Assembly (NCBI GenBank): GCA_038087875.1
Contig: CM075982.1
Span: forward strand, 12,648,001-12,712,000
DNA from: Malacoraja senta
Lineage: Eukaryota
DNA length: 64,000 bases
Direction: 5' to 3'
Shown here: one piece after another, positions 10,006-21,649 of the stretch
Numbering within the stretch: position 1 is the stretch's first letter
Layout of the letters: each line of letters opens with the position of its first letter
The notes under the pieces: generated by a model
The model's input: only the letters and a program-made list of their open reading frames with translations
What the model was told of the DNA's origin: nothing
Database searches by the model: none
Program-made: the position numbers and the translations under genes

Positions 10006-10803
10006 AAAATGTTTATTCAAAAGCTAAATTAAGTACATTTTACCCAAATGTTTCTTCTATCTGTGATAAATGTCTTACCCAAGAAGCAACTATAGCACAT
10101 TCTTTTGTTTTTTTGTATAAAAATCCAAAAATGTTGGAATGAAATCTTTGAAACTTTCACGAAATTATTTCAAATAAAGCTGAAACCGAATGCAGAACTG
10201 ATCATTTTTGGAACAATCGAAGCAAGTTTTTAGCTGACTTCGTTTCAAAGGAGTTTTCTTAATTATGGCTTAATAACGGCAAAAAAACTTACACTGAAAT
10301 TTGGAAAAACACTCCCACGCCAACGACAAAAATGTGGATTTCTAATATGTCGGAACTGTTACACCTAGAAGATATGAGATTCCTCAGCAGGTAAACCAGA
10401 CCAATTCCAAAAGATTTGGTCTCCATTTATCGACTTATTACAAATATAGGGTGCAACAAAATGTTGATAATAAATGGTTTCAGGACCTGGTGAGTAAAGA
10501 TATGAAGTAGGTACATCCCTTTTATATTGTCCTATCTTATCTTGCTTTTTCTTTTTTCTTGTTCCTGCTTTTGGTTTATCCCTTAAAAAAAAACAATTTC
10601 TTGTGGTTTAGGTCCATATGGGTGTTCCTGGACCACTCTTTCAATCACTCACTTACTATCTTTACTAACTCTTTCTATCCTTTCTCTTATTAAAGTTTAA
10701 AATAAGAAGTGGTACAAGAAAAGTATAACCTTACGTTTATTGGAGATCACTGTACTGTACAATACTTCTAATAAAAAAATAATTAAAAATAAAAACAAAA
10801 TAA
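10006..10803 (+). mobile_element. L1-clade LINE 3' end (ORF2 CCHC zinc-knuckle region, 3' UTR, A-rich tail)
   Basis: Broken frame SICDKCLTQEATIAHSFVF..KCWNEIF..IIFG..TAKK..KMWISNM..FQKIWSPFIDLL; 13-bp TSD aaacattactatc at 9993-10005 and 10804-10816; TT|AAAC L1-endonuclease-type site. Confidence 0.85.
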
Positions 10804-11355
10804 AAACATTACTATCGTATCTGCCTCCACCACCACCACCCCTGGCAATGCGTTCCAAGCCCCCACCATTCACCGTGTAAATAACCTGCCCCACACATCT
10901 CTATTAAACTTTCTGCTCTCACCCCAAAACTATGCTCTCTAGTCTTTGACATTTCCACCCTGGGAAAAATATTTAAACTGTCTACCCTATCTATGCCCCT
11001 CATCAATGTATATACTTCCATCAGGTCTTCCCTCTGCCTCTGACATTCCAGAGAAAATAATTCAAGTTTGTCCAACCTCTTCCGATTGCTAATACTCTCT
11101 AATCCAGGGAGCATCCTGGTAAACCCTCTCCAAAGTTTCCACATTCCTTCCTATAATGGGGCAACAGAGCCACACACAGAGCTCCATATGTGGCTTAACC
11201 AAGGTATTTTTAAAGCTGTAAAATGACTCTGATTTTTATACTCAATTGTAAGGCAAGCATACCATATACATTCTTTACTACTGTATCTATATTGCTACTT
11301 CCAGTGAGCACAGGACTTGGACCCCAAGATCCTCTGTACATCGAGCCTATTAATG
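10804..11355 (-). mobile_element. CR1 fragment hosting the L1 and hAT-like insertions; continues at 9960-10005 and 12397-12470
   Basis: ORF 10812-11144 FTRMLPGL..RLDKLELFSLE..REDLMEVY..KTREHS. Confidence 0.85.
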
Positions 11356-12396
11356 TAGCAATGTTACAAAATTTTGAGATTTAAAAAATAAAGTCTGCAA
11401 TTTATCCCATCAGATAAAGCATAAAAAGAAGTTTAATTTGACACTTAATTCACTTTCATATCTTCAGTATTAAAAAAGTTATGGCCATTATCATACTCAG
11501 AAATTAGCATCTAGTTCCCTATTGCTTTTCCATTGACTTAACACAAAAGCTGTGATCGAGGACAGTTAAAAGCCCATAACTTTCTTAAAAATTATGGTAA
11601 CTGAAAGAAATTTTCAGGTATTATAGATTGAAGCATTCTGAAACAAATATGAAACAATCTTACTTCGAAGACATGAAAGTAAAGCATATAATTAGTTAGT
11701 TACCTAATTGTAGCTAATTACAAAATTCAATTACTAGATCTAAACATCTATCAATTTCTTAAGAATAGATTAACATTTTTAAATAGCCTAAGTGTCCAAA
11801 TAACATTCACACAATAATTCACAATATAACATAATTTTTAAATCTCATTTTCATGAATTTACAGGCCAAATGGAAGGAATTGAATGTTTAATACCTGTAA
11901 ATTAATGGGGATTTAATTCATCTTGCGAGTGAGAATTTCTGGAACGCGATCTTTTGGAACGTTCATTTGCGGTGAATTTAACCCCGTATTGGCATGAAAA
12001 ATACTGCCGTTAATTCGGGGAATAAAATCACCGTGTCGCATGACAAAATGTGAATTAAAGGCTTCTTAAGAAGCACTTTTATACATTTAAAGAAAGCACT
12101 TTCGTTTACCTGTCCATTGTGTGAAATCCGTCCCCGTTATTGGCGTTGACGCTTCAGGAGCTGCTTTTAAAATGACTGTAGCGCTGACATTGACGATTTA
12201 ATTTAAAAAAAAAATTCACAAATCGCCGGTAGGAACGATTTTGTCAGCGAAAGTTTGTACTCCAACAAAATATTTCCAGGACAAGGGAGGAGAAACCGCG
12301 TTTTAACCCCGCCCCCCCCTTAAAGGCGCCAAAATCGCGCACACGGCCAGTGGCAGAATTACAGCGCGACTGAAGGTAAGTTTTGTAACATACCTA
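11356..12396. mobile_element. Non-autonomous DNA transposon, hAT-like, 7-bp TSD
   Basis: TIRs tagcaatgttacaaaa / ttttgtaacataccta; TSD attaatg at 11349-11355 and 12397-12403; the CR1 resumes across it. Confidence 0.8.
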
Positions 12397-13320
12397 ATTA
12401 ATGGTCCTGCCATTAATTATATCGTTTTCCCTTACATTTGACCTAATGTGCCAATTTGACTCATGTGCAGTTTTGATTTGTCTTTACACTCTGCTTGAAA
12501 CAGTTAAAATCAACTTTGAGTCCAGACATCAGATCGATCTGCCTCTGGTTGGAAGTCCGCTGGCTTTCCGCCAAGTGACCCCAATTGTATGAGTTGAGTG
12601 GGATTGAATTTCTCCTTGGCGTCTCTATGAAGCCGCACAGTGGGGAGTTTAAAGAAATGCTGTTGTCCATGCATGCTGATCTCCGGCTTCCTAGGTGCAA
12701 ATTTCAAGTCAATACAGAAAGATCTGTATATTTAAAAAAACAATTAAATAGAAAGAAGAAACATGTTTGTGAACAGATTAAACCACTAATACAAATCCAG
12801 AGCTGGTACTCACTATGAATGGCACATAAAGTGATGTCCATCACAGTTGTTCACACATTTGAGTTAAAATCAACTAAAACAGTTTTGGACAGACTTGAGA
12901 CAACTTGACATGAAACTGAAGCCTTTGTTGAATGATCAAAACCTCTACAGATTATCAGCTGGCTTCATTCGCGTTTCTCGTAGATTTGCTGTTGGCACAA
13001 TGGACGTTGTGTGTGGGTCCCTGAGTTTCACTCCACATGGTCTTTGTGCAGTGATGCTGGTGAAATATGTGGTTTAGATTTCGTTAACTCCCTCCGAGGA
13101 ATAAATTGATATTTTTACAATATCTTGGCCAATACCCACTTGGGTACCATTTGGCAGCTCTACCAGAAGCCAGTGTGTCAAACAGTGGCCGTGATGAAAG
13201 AGTCACGCAGAGAATTCTGACAGGAGATGTTGAGTATTTGCATCATCACGGTACTACAGTGGTTATGCTTCAAAAGTGCTCCACTGAATGAAACGACAAA
13301 GAGAATGCTGATGCAAGAGT

Positions 13321-15432
13321 AAGATACATAGATACATAGATACATAGAAAATAGGTGCAGGAGTAGGCCATTCGGCCCTTCGAGCCTGCACCGCCATTCA
13401 ATATGATCATGGCTGATCATCCAACTCAGTATCCCACACCTGCCTTCTCTCCATACCCCCAATCCCTTTAGCCACAAGGGCCACATCTAACTCCCTCTTA
13501 AATATAGCCAATGAACTGGCCTCAACTACCCTTTGTGGCAGAGAGTTCCAGAGATTCACCACTCTCTGTGTGAAAACGTTTTTCCTCATCTCGGTCTTAA
13601 AGGATTTCCCCCTTATCCTTAAGCTGTGACCCCTTGTCCTGGACTTCCCCAACATCGGGAACAATCTTCCTGCATCTAGCCTGTCCAACCCCATAAGAAT
13701 TTTGTACGTTTCTGTAAGATCCCCTCTCAATCTCCTAAATTCTAGCGAGTATAAGCCAAGTCTATCCAGTCTTTCTTCATATGAAAGTCCTGACATACCA
13801 GGAATCAGTCTGGTGAACCTTCTCTGCACTCCCTCCATGGCTATAATGTCCTTCCTCAGATTTGGAGACCAAAACTGTATGCCAAGACCCTGTACAACTG
13901 CAGTAGAACCTCCCTGCTCCTATACTCAAATCCTTTTGCTATGAAAGCTAACATACCATTCGCTTTCTTCACTGCCTGCTGCACCTGCATGCCTACTTTC
14001 AATGACTGGTGTACCATGACACCCAGGTCTCGCTGCATCTCCCCTTTTCCTAATCGGCCACCATTTAGATAATAGTCTACTTTCCTGTTTTTGCCACCAA
14101 AGTGGATAACCTCACATTTATCCATATTATACTGCATCTGCCAAACATTTGCCCACTCACCCAGCCTATCCAAGTCACCTTGCAGTCTCCTAGCATCCTC
14201 CTCACAGCTAACACTGCCCCCCCAGCTTAGTGTCATCCGCAAACTTGGAGATGTTGCCTTCAATTCCCTCATCCAGCTCATTAATATAAATTGTAAATAG
14301 CTGGGGTTCCAGCACTGAGCCTTGCGGTACCCCACTAGTCACTGCCTGCCATTGTGAAAAGGACCCGTTTACTCCTACTCTTTGCTTCCTGTTTGCCAGC
14401 CAGTTCTCTATCCACATCAATACTGAACCCCCAATACCGTGTTCTTTAAGTTTGTATACTAATCTCTTATGTGGGACCTTGTCGAAAACCTTCTGAAAGT
14501 CCAGATATAAGACATCCACTGGTTCTCCCCTATCCACTCTACAAGTTACATCCTCGAAAAATTCTATAAGATTCGTCAGACATGATTTACCTTTCGTAAA
14601 TCCATGCTGACTTTGTCCAATGATTTCACCACTTTCCAAATGTGCTGCTATCCCATCTTTAATAACTGACTCTAACAGTTTCCCCACTACCGATGTTAGA
14701 CTAACTGGTCTGTAATTCCCCGTTTTCTCTCTCCCTCCCTTCTTAAAAAGTGGGGTTACGTTTGCTACCCTCCAATCCTCAGGAACTACTCCAGAATCTA
14801 AAGAGTTTTGAAAAATTATCACTAATGCATCCACTATTTCTGGAGCTACTTCCTTAAGTACTCTGGAATGCAGCCTATCTGGCCCTGGTGATTTATCGGC
14901 CTTTAATCCATTCAATTTACCCAACACCACTTCCCGACTAACCTGGATTTCACTCAGTTCCTCCATCTCCTTTGACCCGCGGTCCCCTGCTATTTCCGGC
15001 AGATTATTTATGTCTTCCTTAGTGAAGACGGAACCAACGTAGTTATTCAATTGGTCCGCCATATCCTTGTTCCCCATGATCAATTCACCTGTTTCTGACT
15101 GCAAGGGACCTACATTTGTTTTAACTAATCTCTTTCTCTTCACATATCTATAAAAACTTTTGCAGTCAGTTTTTATGTTCCCTGCCAGTTTTCTTTCATA
15201 ATCTATTTTCCCTTTCCTAATTAAGCCCTTTGTCCTCCTCTGCTGGTCTCTGAATTTCTCCCAGTCCTCTGGTATGCTGCTTTTTCTGGCTAATTTGTAC
15301 GCATCATCTTTTGCTTTGATACTATCCCTGATTTCCCTTGTTATCCACGGATGCACTACTTTCCCATATTTATTCTTTTGCCAAACTGGGATGAACAATT
15401 TTTGTAGTTCATCCATGCAGTCTTTAAATGCT
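13321..15432 (-). mobile_element. Young 5'-truncated CR1 LINE
   Basis: (TCTATGTA)n tail, 3' UTR and RT coding region. Confidence 0.95.
13407..15416 (-). pseudogene. CR1 ORF2 reverse transcriptase, frameshifted near 14220 with a small deletion near 13880
   Basis: [89 protein letters not shown]. Confidence 0.95.
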
Positions 15433-16099
15433 GGAGGCCGCTTCTTGGGCTTTTCTGTTCCAATGAATGGCTTGCCCCTTGCTCACCATGAAGATCAAAG
15501 ATTTAAGCCTTTATCGCTTGTGAAACTATTTGAAAAAGAAGTGGTGATTCAAATGAACAAATAAAAGGAGGTGCGTAGAATAAGGGTCAGTTCACTCACT
15601 GTGACTCACTCCCAATCAGATTGATTCTCCATTGAAATATTTGTATTATTAACATAGAGCAATTGGTCACATACCACAATTCTTAAATAAACTATATGTT
15701 GTAGCCCTTCGTTAATGGTGTTAAAAAGCATGAAAGACAAGGTAAAAAAAAGCAAAGCCAAACAACCTATTTTCTATGTGCTTTATTTTAAACCTTGGGT
15801 CGAACAACTGTTATGTTCCTGACCAGCTCCTAACTGCAGTTCTCCCTGGGCTTGAGCTATGGTGCACAATCTGCGGGGCACAGTGGTTCAAACATTGTGG
15901 TCTCCACATTAACTTCTGTCAATCAGCCTTTTCCATGGTCTTCCCGAGGTGGCAGCTGCCCTTCCGATCCGGAATGCCCTCCTCCACCTTGACCTGTTAT
16001 GATCTGGGGTGTGGGCATCTAGTCACCATTGCCTCAGCCACATTTGGTGCGGAGCTTCACCACTACCCCACCCCTCCCCCACCACACCCCATAACTCTT

Positions 16100-16624
16100 G
16101 CTCTTACCAACTTTCTCACTCATAAATAAGGGACAAAAGGTCAAAATAAGGGACAAATTTCCGACGGAAATTTGTTGACTGTCTTGGCCGTGGCTGGGTG
16201 AATGATGAGTTGGCTCGGGTGCTGGACTGCACACAAAGCCCAGCCGGCAGGCCAGCTGAGGTGTTTCGGCCCGGGTGCCCGACTTTGCGCGCGAAGTCTG
16301 GCACCCCATCCAGCTCATGAACAGATGATCGGCCACTAGAAGGAGGGGGTGGTATTGTCGGCAGTAAGCGAAGGTCCGAAGGTCGGACAGCTGGCCGGGC
16401 TACCGACCTACAGGCCACGGGCGAGGCGCTGCTGCTGCTGCACTCCATGGGCTGCACCACGTTGGGACGGGTGAGGCGGGGCCGGACACGGTGCTCCAAC
16501 CCGACAGTCCCCTTGACCCAAGTAGTAGCAGTCAATACTGGACAAGGGTGGTCCCGTATGGGACAAACCAATTTAGCCCAATATACGGGATGTCCCGGCT
16601 AATAGGGGACAGTTGACAACTCTA
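16100..16624. mobile_element. hAT-like MITE with eroded left TIR, inserted in the Gypsy fossil
   Basis: Right end gttgacaactcta (TAGGGTTGCCAAC-type TIR); subterminal gggaca/gtccc repeats at both ends. Confidence 0.7.
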
Positions 16625-16644
16625 CTGGGGCCAGTCCACAGCAC

Positions 16645-16790
16645 TTAGTTTAGTTTGTTGTCACATGCACCAAAGTACAGTGAATAGTTTTTGTCCCGTG
16701 CTAACCAGTCAGGGGAAAGACAATACATGATTACAATTGAGCAATGCAGTGTACAGATACACCCACAGTGTACAGATACAGTGTCTGTAC
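16645..16790 (-). mobile_element. Rex1/Babar-like LINE 3' tail fragment
   Basis: ttagtttagtttgttgtcacatgcaccaaagtacagtgaa, the same tail as 27720-28022. Confidence 0.65.
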
Positions 16791-17734
16791 AACACAGTGT
16801 ACACATACTTCTGCTGCAGTGATCTGTCGGTCACTTTCCGTTACCTTCCTGCTCTGTTTGGACTTCTGTTGTCGAGGGTAGAACTCTGCACAGGGTTGCT
16901 CATCATCCCCTGGGCTGAGGTATTGTGGAAGCTGACACGTTCAGATAGGGGTCTACCTGATGATTTCGCCTTCTTCAGTATTTGATTATTCAGCTGCCAT
17001 TCTTGCACACTGTGGAAAGTGAGGCAAAGCAGTATTCAAAGCAGGTAATCAATATGCCAGTCCCGGGTAACCCTGACAAACTCGTGTGCTGGGAACTGTG
17101 GCTACTCTCTGGGACCAGCACCTCTGAGGTTATGATCTGGCAAACTATCGTCTCCGTTTTCAAATGATTATTGATTAATGGGCATTCTCTGCCTCACAGA
17201 AATTTGACAAATAATCCACTGTCCCCAGACATGTTATACCATCAGAGTGACACAGCTCTGCACTGACCTTTGACTTATCATCTATCTGGGATTGATGAGG
17301 GTGGAGTATTTTCTCCTTTCTGGAGATCTTTACACAGGCCCTGATCTCCTCGCTTATCCCTGACTTCTCTGTAGAGCCAAACATTCATCTGGCACATGGG
17401 GAATTATCCCATTTTATCAAGTTGCATCTCAGGAACTTTTGAACAATTATCTTTTTGTCTTTAAAAAGATGATAATCTTGAGTGTCCAGCGCTTCTCTCA
17501 TGTGGGATGGGAACAGGTTTAACTTTGTCTCTTTCCTTCCTGACAGAAATAACTGCTTCAGTCTCTGCATTATCTCATCTTGTCTAACACCCTCCTCAAG
17601 TACCTGAACCAGTGGCTGAAGATTTAGAAGATGTTGACTGATTCTAGCTCAATATCTTCAACATGGCTTGTGTTCTTGAGCTAGGCCTAGCTAAGCAGAT
17701 TAGATTGTTTATCGGATGGGCATCGAATCTTTAT

Positions 17735-17932
17735 GTAGAAACAAGGAACTGCAGATGCTGATTAATACACAATGTTTCTTTTTGTTGTATGGCTGCAGAA
17801 ACCAAAGTTCCTAACGGAAAAATAAAGTTCACTGTAAAGGTCACAAAATGCTGGAATAACTCACCAGGTCAGGCAGTATCTCTGGAGAACATGGATAGGT
17901 GATGTTTCAGGTCGAGATCCTTCTTCAGACTG
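17735..17932 (-). mobile_element. Penelope-derived short element
   Basis: gaaacaaggaactgcagatgctg...gtttcaggtcgagatccttcttcagactga. Confidence 0.7.
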
Positions 17933-18336
17933 AATTTTTATGTTGCTTGCCTGCACAATTGTTCTCTGAAATTTTATAGGAAGGGTTTAACTACAATGCA
18001 TGTGAGTGGCTTGTTTTGCACTGCATTTATAGGGGGGTTTTCTGTCAGTATATTAATGAAATGTACCGTAATTAGTCCCAAAAACAAATCCCTGTGTCAG
18101 CCATGGCTAGGCCGTGTGTATACATCAGCTGATCATTCTGAGAGACAAGAACAGAATCTCTTATTCTGAGAGAGAAGAGCAGAATGCTGCAAACACTCAG
18201 CAGGTCAGGAGAGAGAAACATTTAACATGCGGGTTGCTATGCAGTTATTTCAGAGTTCCGTCAAGCGCCGATTTCTGATTTCGTTAAGTACAACTGTTGC
18301 TCTAAGACCGTTATCTGAGCTGAGTCTGCAGCATTA

Positions 18337-18632
18337 AGGCCCTGTCCCACGATGCGAGTTTACCCAAGAGCTCTCCCGAGTTTAAAAAAAAATCAAACTC
18401 ATGGTAAGTACGTAGAATGTACCTAGCGGGTACGTCGGAGCTCGCGGATGTCTGGTAGCGGCTCGTAATGCTAACGGCAGGTACTCGGGAAACGCGGAAA
18501 CTCGTGAAGTTTTTCAACAGTGTGAAAAATTTCCAAGAGTAAAAAAATACTCGTGATGAAGTACCACGAGTTTGGTTTTATTTATTAACTCGGGAGAGCT
18601 CTTGGGTAAACTCGCATCGTGGGACAGGGGCT
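18337..18632. mobile_element. PIF/Harbinger-like MITE
   Basis: Long TIRs aggccctgtcccacgatgcgagtttacccaagagctctcccgagtt; TTA TSD at 18334-18336 and 18633-18635. Confidence 0.9.
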
Positions 18633-19206
18633 TTAGTATTAAGAAAATATCAAAAGAATCCTCCTGTTTCTGGTTGTGAGCAGGATACTGGCAGCCGTGC
18701 TCTAGGCTGGTTGCAACGTTCTTATAATTCATCTCAAGCATTGTCCAAGGTCTCATATGAGGGCTTTATTTATGGTACGGTGCAGTTGTTTCCTTTTGTG
18801 CCAATGCAATACAATAACATCTTAACTTTCATCTGTTCTTGTTTATCTGCTTTAGGTGATCAAAATATAGTACAACGTTATTTCTCCATTCCTTAGACAG
18901 ATTTCTTGCCTGGAAATCCAAAACCTTGGGCATCTTTATTTGCTCCATCATGCACTGTCTCAATTCAATGACACAGCTCACTGGGTCTCTCAGTGCGTGT
19001 TCATGCTGTCTCAGATGGGACAGATCACTCCTGGTGCTTGGTATTCAGACTCAAGTGAACTCTAAGTTGGTTACATTAACCAGCTCCTCTGTCACCATAT
19101 CACGTATCAATCCTAAGATACTGTAAAATAGATAGTCAGTCAAATTAAAAATAAGTGTAACTTATTGAACAAAAGGAAGATCTTGCAATGAGAGGCAGAA
19201 TCCTTA

Positions 19207-19682
19207 AGGGCCTATCCCACGGGCAGGCGATTCCAGGCGGTAAGCGCGGCGTAGCAGGAAGTGGGGTCCGCGCAGGGGCCGCGGGGTCCGTCCCACGCAG
19301 ATCGCCGGAGCCGTATGTAGTTGGTCCCGACACCGCGCGGGGTTCAGAAATACTGACACTGTCCAAAAATCCCGTGCGGCAACGGCCTGCCACTCCGTTG
19401 TCGCCTCGACGCCGCGAGTACCGCCTGGACGCCGCGCACCGTCTCGACGGAGTAGGCTAGCGCGTTGCGTTGCGCGATGACGTCATCACCCGACGCCGCG
19501 CTCGCCGCATGCATTCGGATGCTCGTGGGACAGGCCGTACGGCAACCGCTTCCGGTTAGGTTGCGCTTGCCGAATGCTCGTGGGACAGGCCGTACGGTGG
19601 CATCCGCGCGGCAGCCGCGCAGTCCCCACTTCCTGCTATGCCGCGCTTACCGCCTGGAATCGCCTGCCCGTGGGACAGGCCT
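19207..19682. mobile_element. PIF/Harbinger-like MITE, second family, GC/CpG-rich
   Basis: About 60-bp TIRs agggcctatcccacgggcaggcgattccaggcgg...; TTA flanks on both sides. Confidence 0.9.
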
Positions 19683-19983
19683 TTACTGTAGCTTACTTCC
19701 AAACAGGAACATCAATTCTCCTGTGAAACACTGAAACAACAAAACAGCACAGAGAATAGTAAGATTAAACGAGAACTTACCAGTTTGAAATTTGATCTTT
19801 ATGTTATGAGGAGTTACGTTGGTGATTACGTGAAGAACCCCGTCAGCGCGCATGCGCGTCAATCTTCAAAGCAGCGGTATGAAATCACAGACAACACCAT
19901 AATTGAAGTAACATATTAAGATGATCAACATGAGAACTACCATTATGACCTTTTTTCTATGAGAGAGGGTTGGGCGTGGCGGG

Positions 19984-20095
19984 CACGTAATCACCAACGT
20001 AACTCCTCATAAAATAAAGATCAAACTTCAAACTGGTAAGTTCTCGTTTAATCTTACTATTTTACTTCGGAGTCACGTGAGTGACTACGTGAAGA
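19984..20095. repeat. DIRS internal complementary region (ICR)
   Basis: 19984-20061 is the reverse complement of 19755-19832; 20060-20095 is the reverse complement of 24212-24247; joined at a TTTT junction. Confidence 0.95.
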
Positions 20096-20304
20096 TTTTA
20101 AAGCTCTGTGATTTTTATGCCGCAGATCAAAATTCCGGCTTCTCACTGCATCGATTGACTCTGAGTATCATCAATAATGCTGTAAACATGACATTGCATA
20201 TCATGCAAAAACAAAAGTTTTATTTTTGGTCATAAAACAACCAATAAACCCTCTTAATGTAGGGCAACAAACGAAACAGAATGAAACAGTATTTAAAACA
20301 GACT

Positions 20305-21300
20305 TTAAATAATAGCAACAGCACTCAATATTGAGTTGGCAAACAGCCCTCCATCGGCAATCGGCCGATGGTAGTATTGCTGAAACACAAATTCATTATT
20401 CCAACCTGCGGCTTTTAATATATGGTCGATGGGAACGTCCATCGCCCTGGCCGCGGATGTTGTTACTGCGCTAGTGGAATGAGATGTAAACACATAAATG
20501 TTAATTCCTGCCTGAACCAACTCTTGCTTTAACCACCTTGAAATAGTCTGAATTGCCACTCTTTTATGTTGGCTTTTTGTAACTGACAAATAATCCTGTT
20601 TCTTCTTGTCTTAAAGCCCTTGTGGCTTCAATGTAATGTAACAAATGTGTCCTTACACATAAACATGGAGCTGTAGGATATGCTGAGAACACAATCTTAA
20701 AGCCTGTCACACCTGGCCTGCTTTGTTTGAGCAGGTCAGAAATATAAAACAGAACCTTCTCTGTATTCACTTCCATTCTCTCGAACTGAAGTTTTTGGAA
20801 AGTCTGCACTCTCTGTACTGACACCAATGCCATTAGCATAGCCAATTTCATGGTTAATTTTAACAAAGTTAGACGTGACAAGGACCCAATGACGAAGTAT
20901 GTTACGAACAACACTTACCTCGCAGATTACCATATACCTAGGCTTAGGCGGTTTGGAATTAAAGATTCCTTTCATCAACCTAGATATGAGAGGGTGAGAA
21001 CCTATACTTTGTGTCCGTGTACCTATTACAAGATATGCCGACCAAGCACTTCTAGCTGTATTGATAGCAGTATAGCTAAGACCCTCATCATAATAAAGTG
21101 CAGATAAACTCTAACACATTTTCAATAACTACAGTATCATATTGATTATTCTTTTGAACACCATATTGTTCCCATTTTCTTATTTTTATTTTTAATTTTT
21201 TTTAATTTTTTTTTTACATAAGTCATATACTGTTTTTTCTCCAGGCTGCAGTGAGTATATCCACCGTTTGCCTAGAAAGTCCTCGACCAATGTAAGGCAT
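20305..21300 (-). pseudogene. DIRS tyrosine recombinase, frameshifted
   Basis: GLSRQTVDILTAAW; MKGIFNSKPPKPRY; KLAMLMALVSVQRVQT; LLKQSRPG; LCVRTHLLHYIEAT; TISRWLK; HSTS (HxxR mutated); ILKAAGW..FQQYYHRPI. Confidence 0.9.
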
Positions 21301-21379
21301 TCTTAAAACCTGCAAATTAACAGATCCATACCATCACATAACGGATGAACTTAATGCGTTACTGGATGCTCCAGGAAAT

Positions 21380-21620
21380 TCCTACTGTTTGGAATCAGCA
21401 AAAAGAGGTTGGATCGCTATCTGTAACATCAAAGGGAACCATGGTTGAATCAGGCCATTTGGTATCACCAAAACCCCTGAAGCGGCATCCTGCTTGATTT
21501 TCTCAAACACCGACCTATGAGGCAGAATGGTGGGAAAATGTACACAAACATATCATCCCAATTTAGTGAAAAAACATCAATTGCCACTGCCCCTGGATCT
21601 GGTGCCTATGAAACATATTT
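21380..21620 (-). pseudogene. DIRS DAM-like methyltransferase domain remnant
   Basis: PDPGAVAIDVFSLNW..VYIFPPFCLIGRCL..VIP..QPWFP. Confidence 0.8.
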
Positions 21621-21649
21621 TGGCCTTCCATATAGAAGTACTTTGTTCT

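Larger units (their letters stand above)
15790..19100 (-). mobile_element. Ancient Gypsy/Ty3-type LTR retrotransposon fossil (PBS-like site, gag, integrase), fragmented
   Basis: PBS-like TGGTGACAGAGG 19097-19086; gag MEQIKMPKVLDFQARNLSKEWR..KVKMLLYCIG..NQKQEDSFDIFL; integrase DEIMQRLKQL..GISEEIRACVK..SKVSAELCHSDG..TVDYLSNF..KKAKSSG; C-terminal PRS*QVKVEEG. Confidence 0.75.

Noticed and set aside
12461-12720. Possible minus-strand terminal exon (acceptor ttgcacctag; KPEISMHGQQHFFKLP...)
   Set aside because: Weak pyrimidine tract, unrecognised peptide and several overlapping frames equally open
14208-15416. 402-aa ORF as a host gene
   Set aside because: It is CR1 ORF2, 5'-truncated and frameshifted
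15430-15790. 3' LTR of the Gypsy fossil
   Set aside because: No visible similarity to the sequence 5' of the PBS-like site (19100-19755 or beyond 24247)
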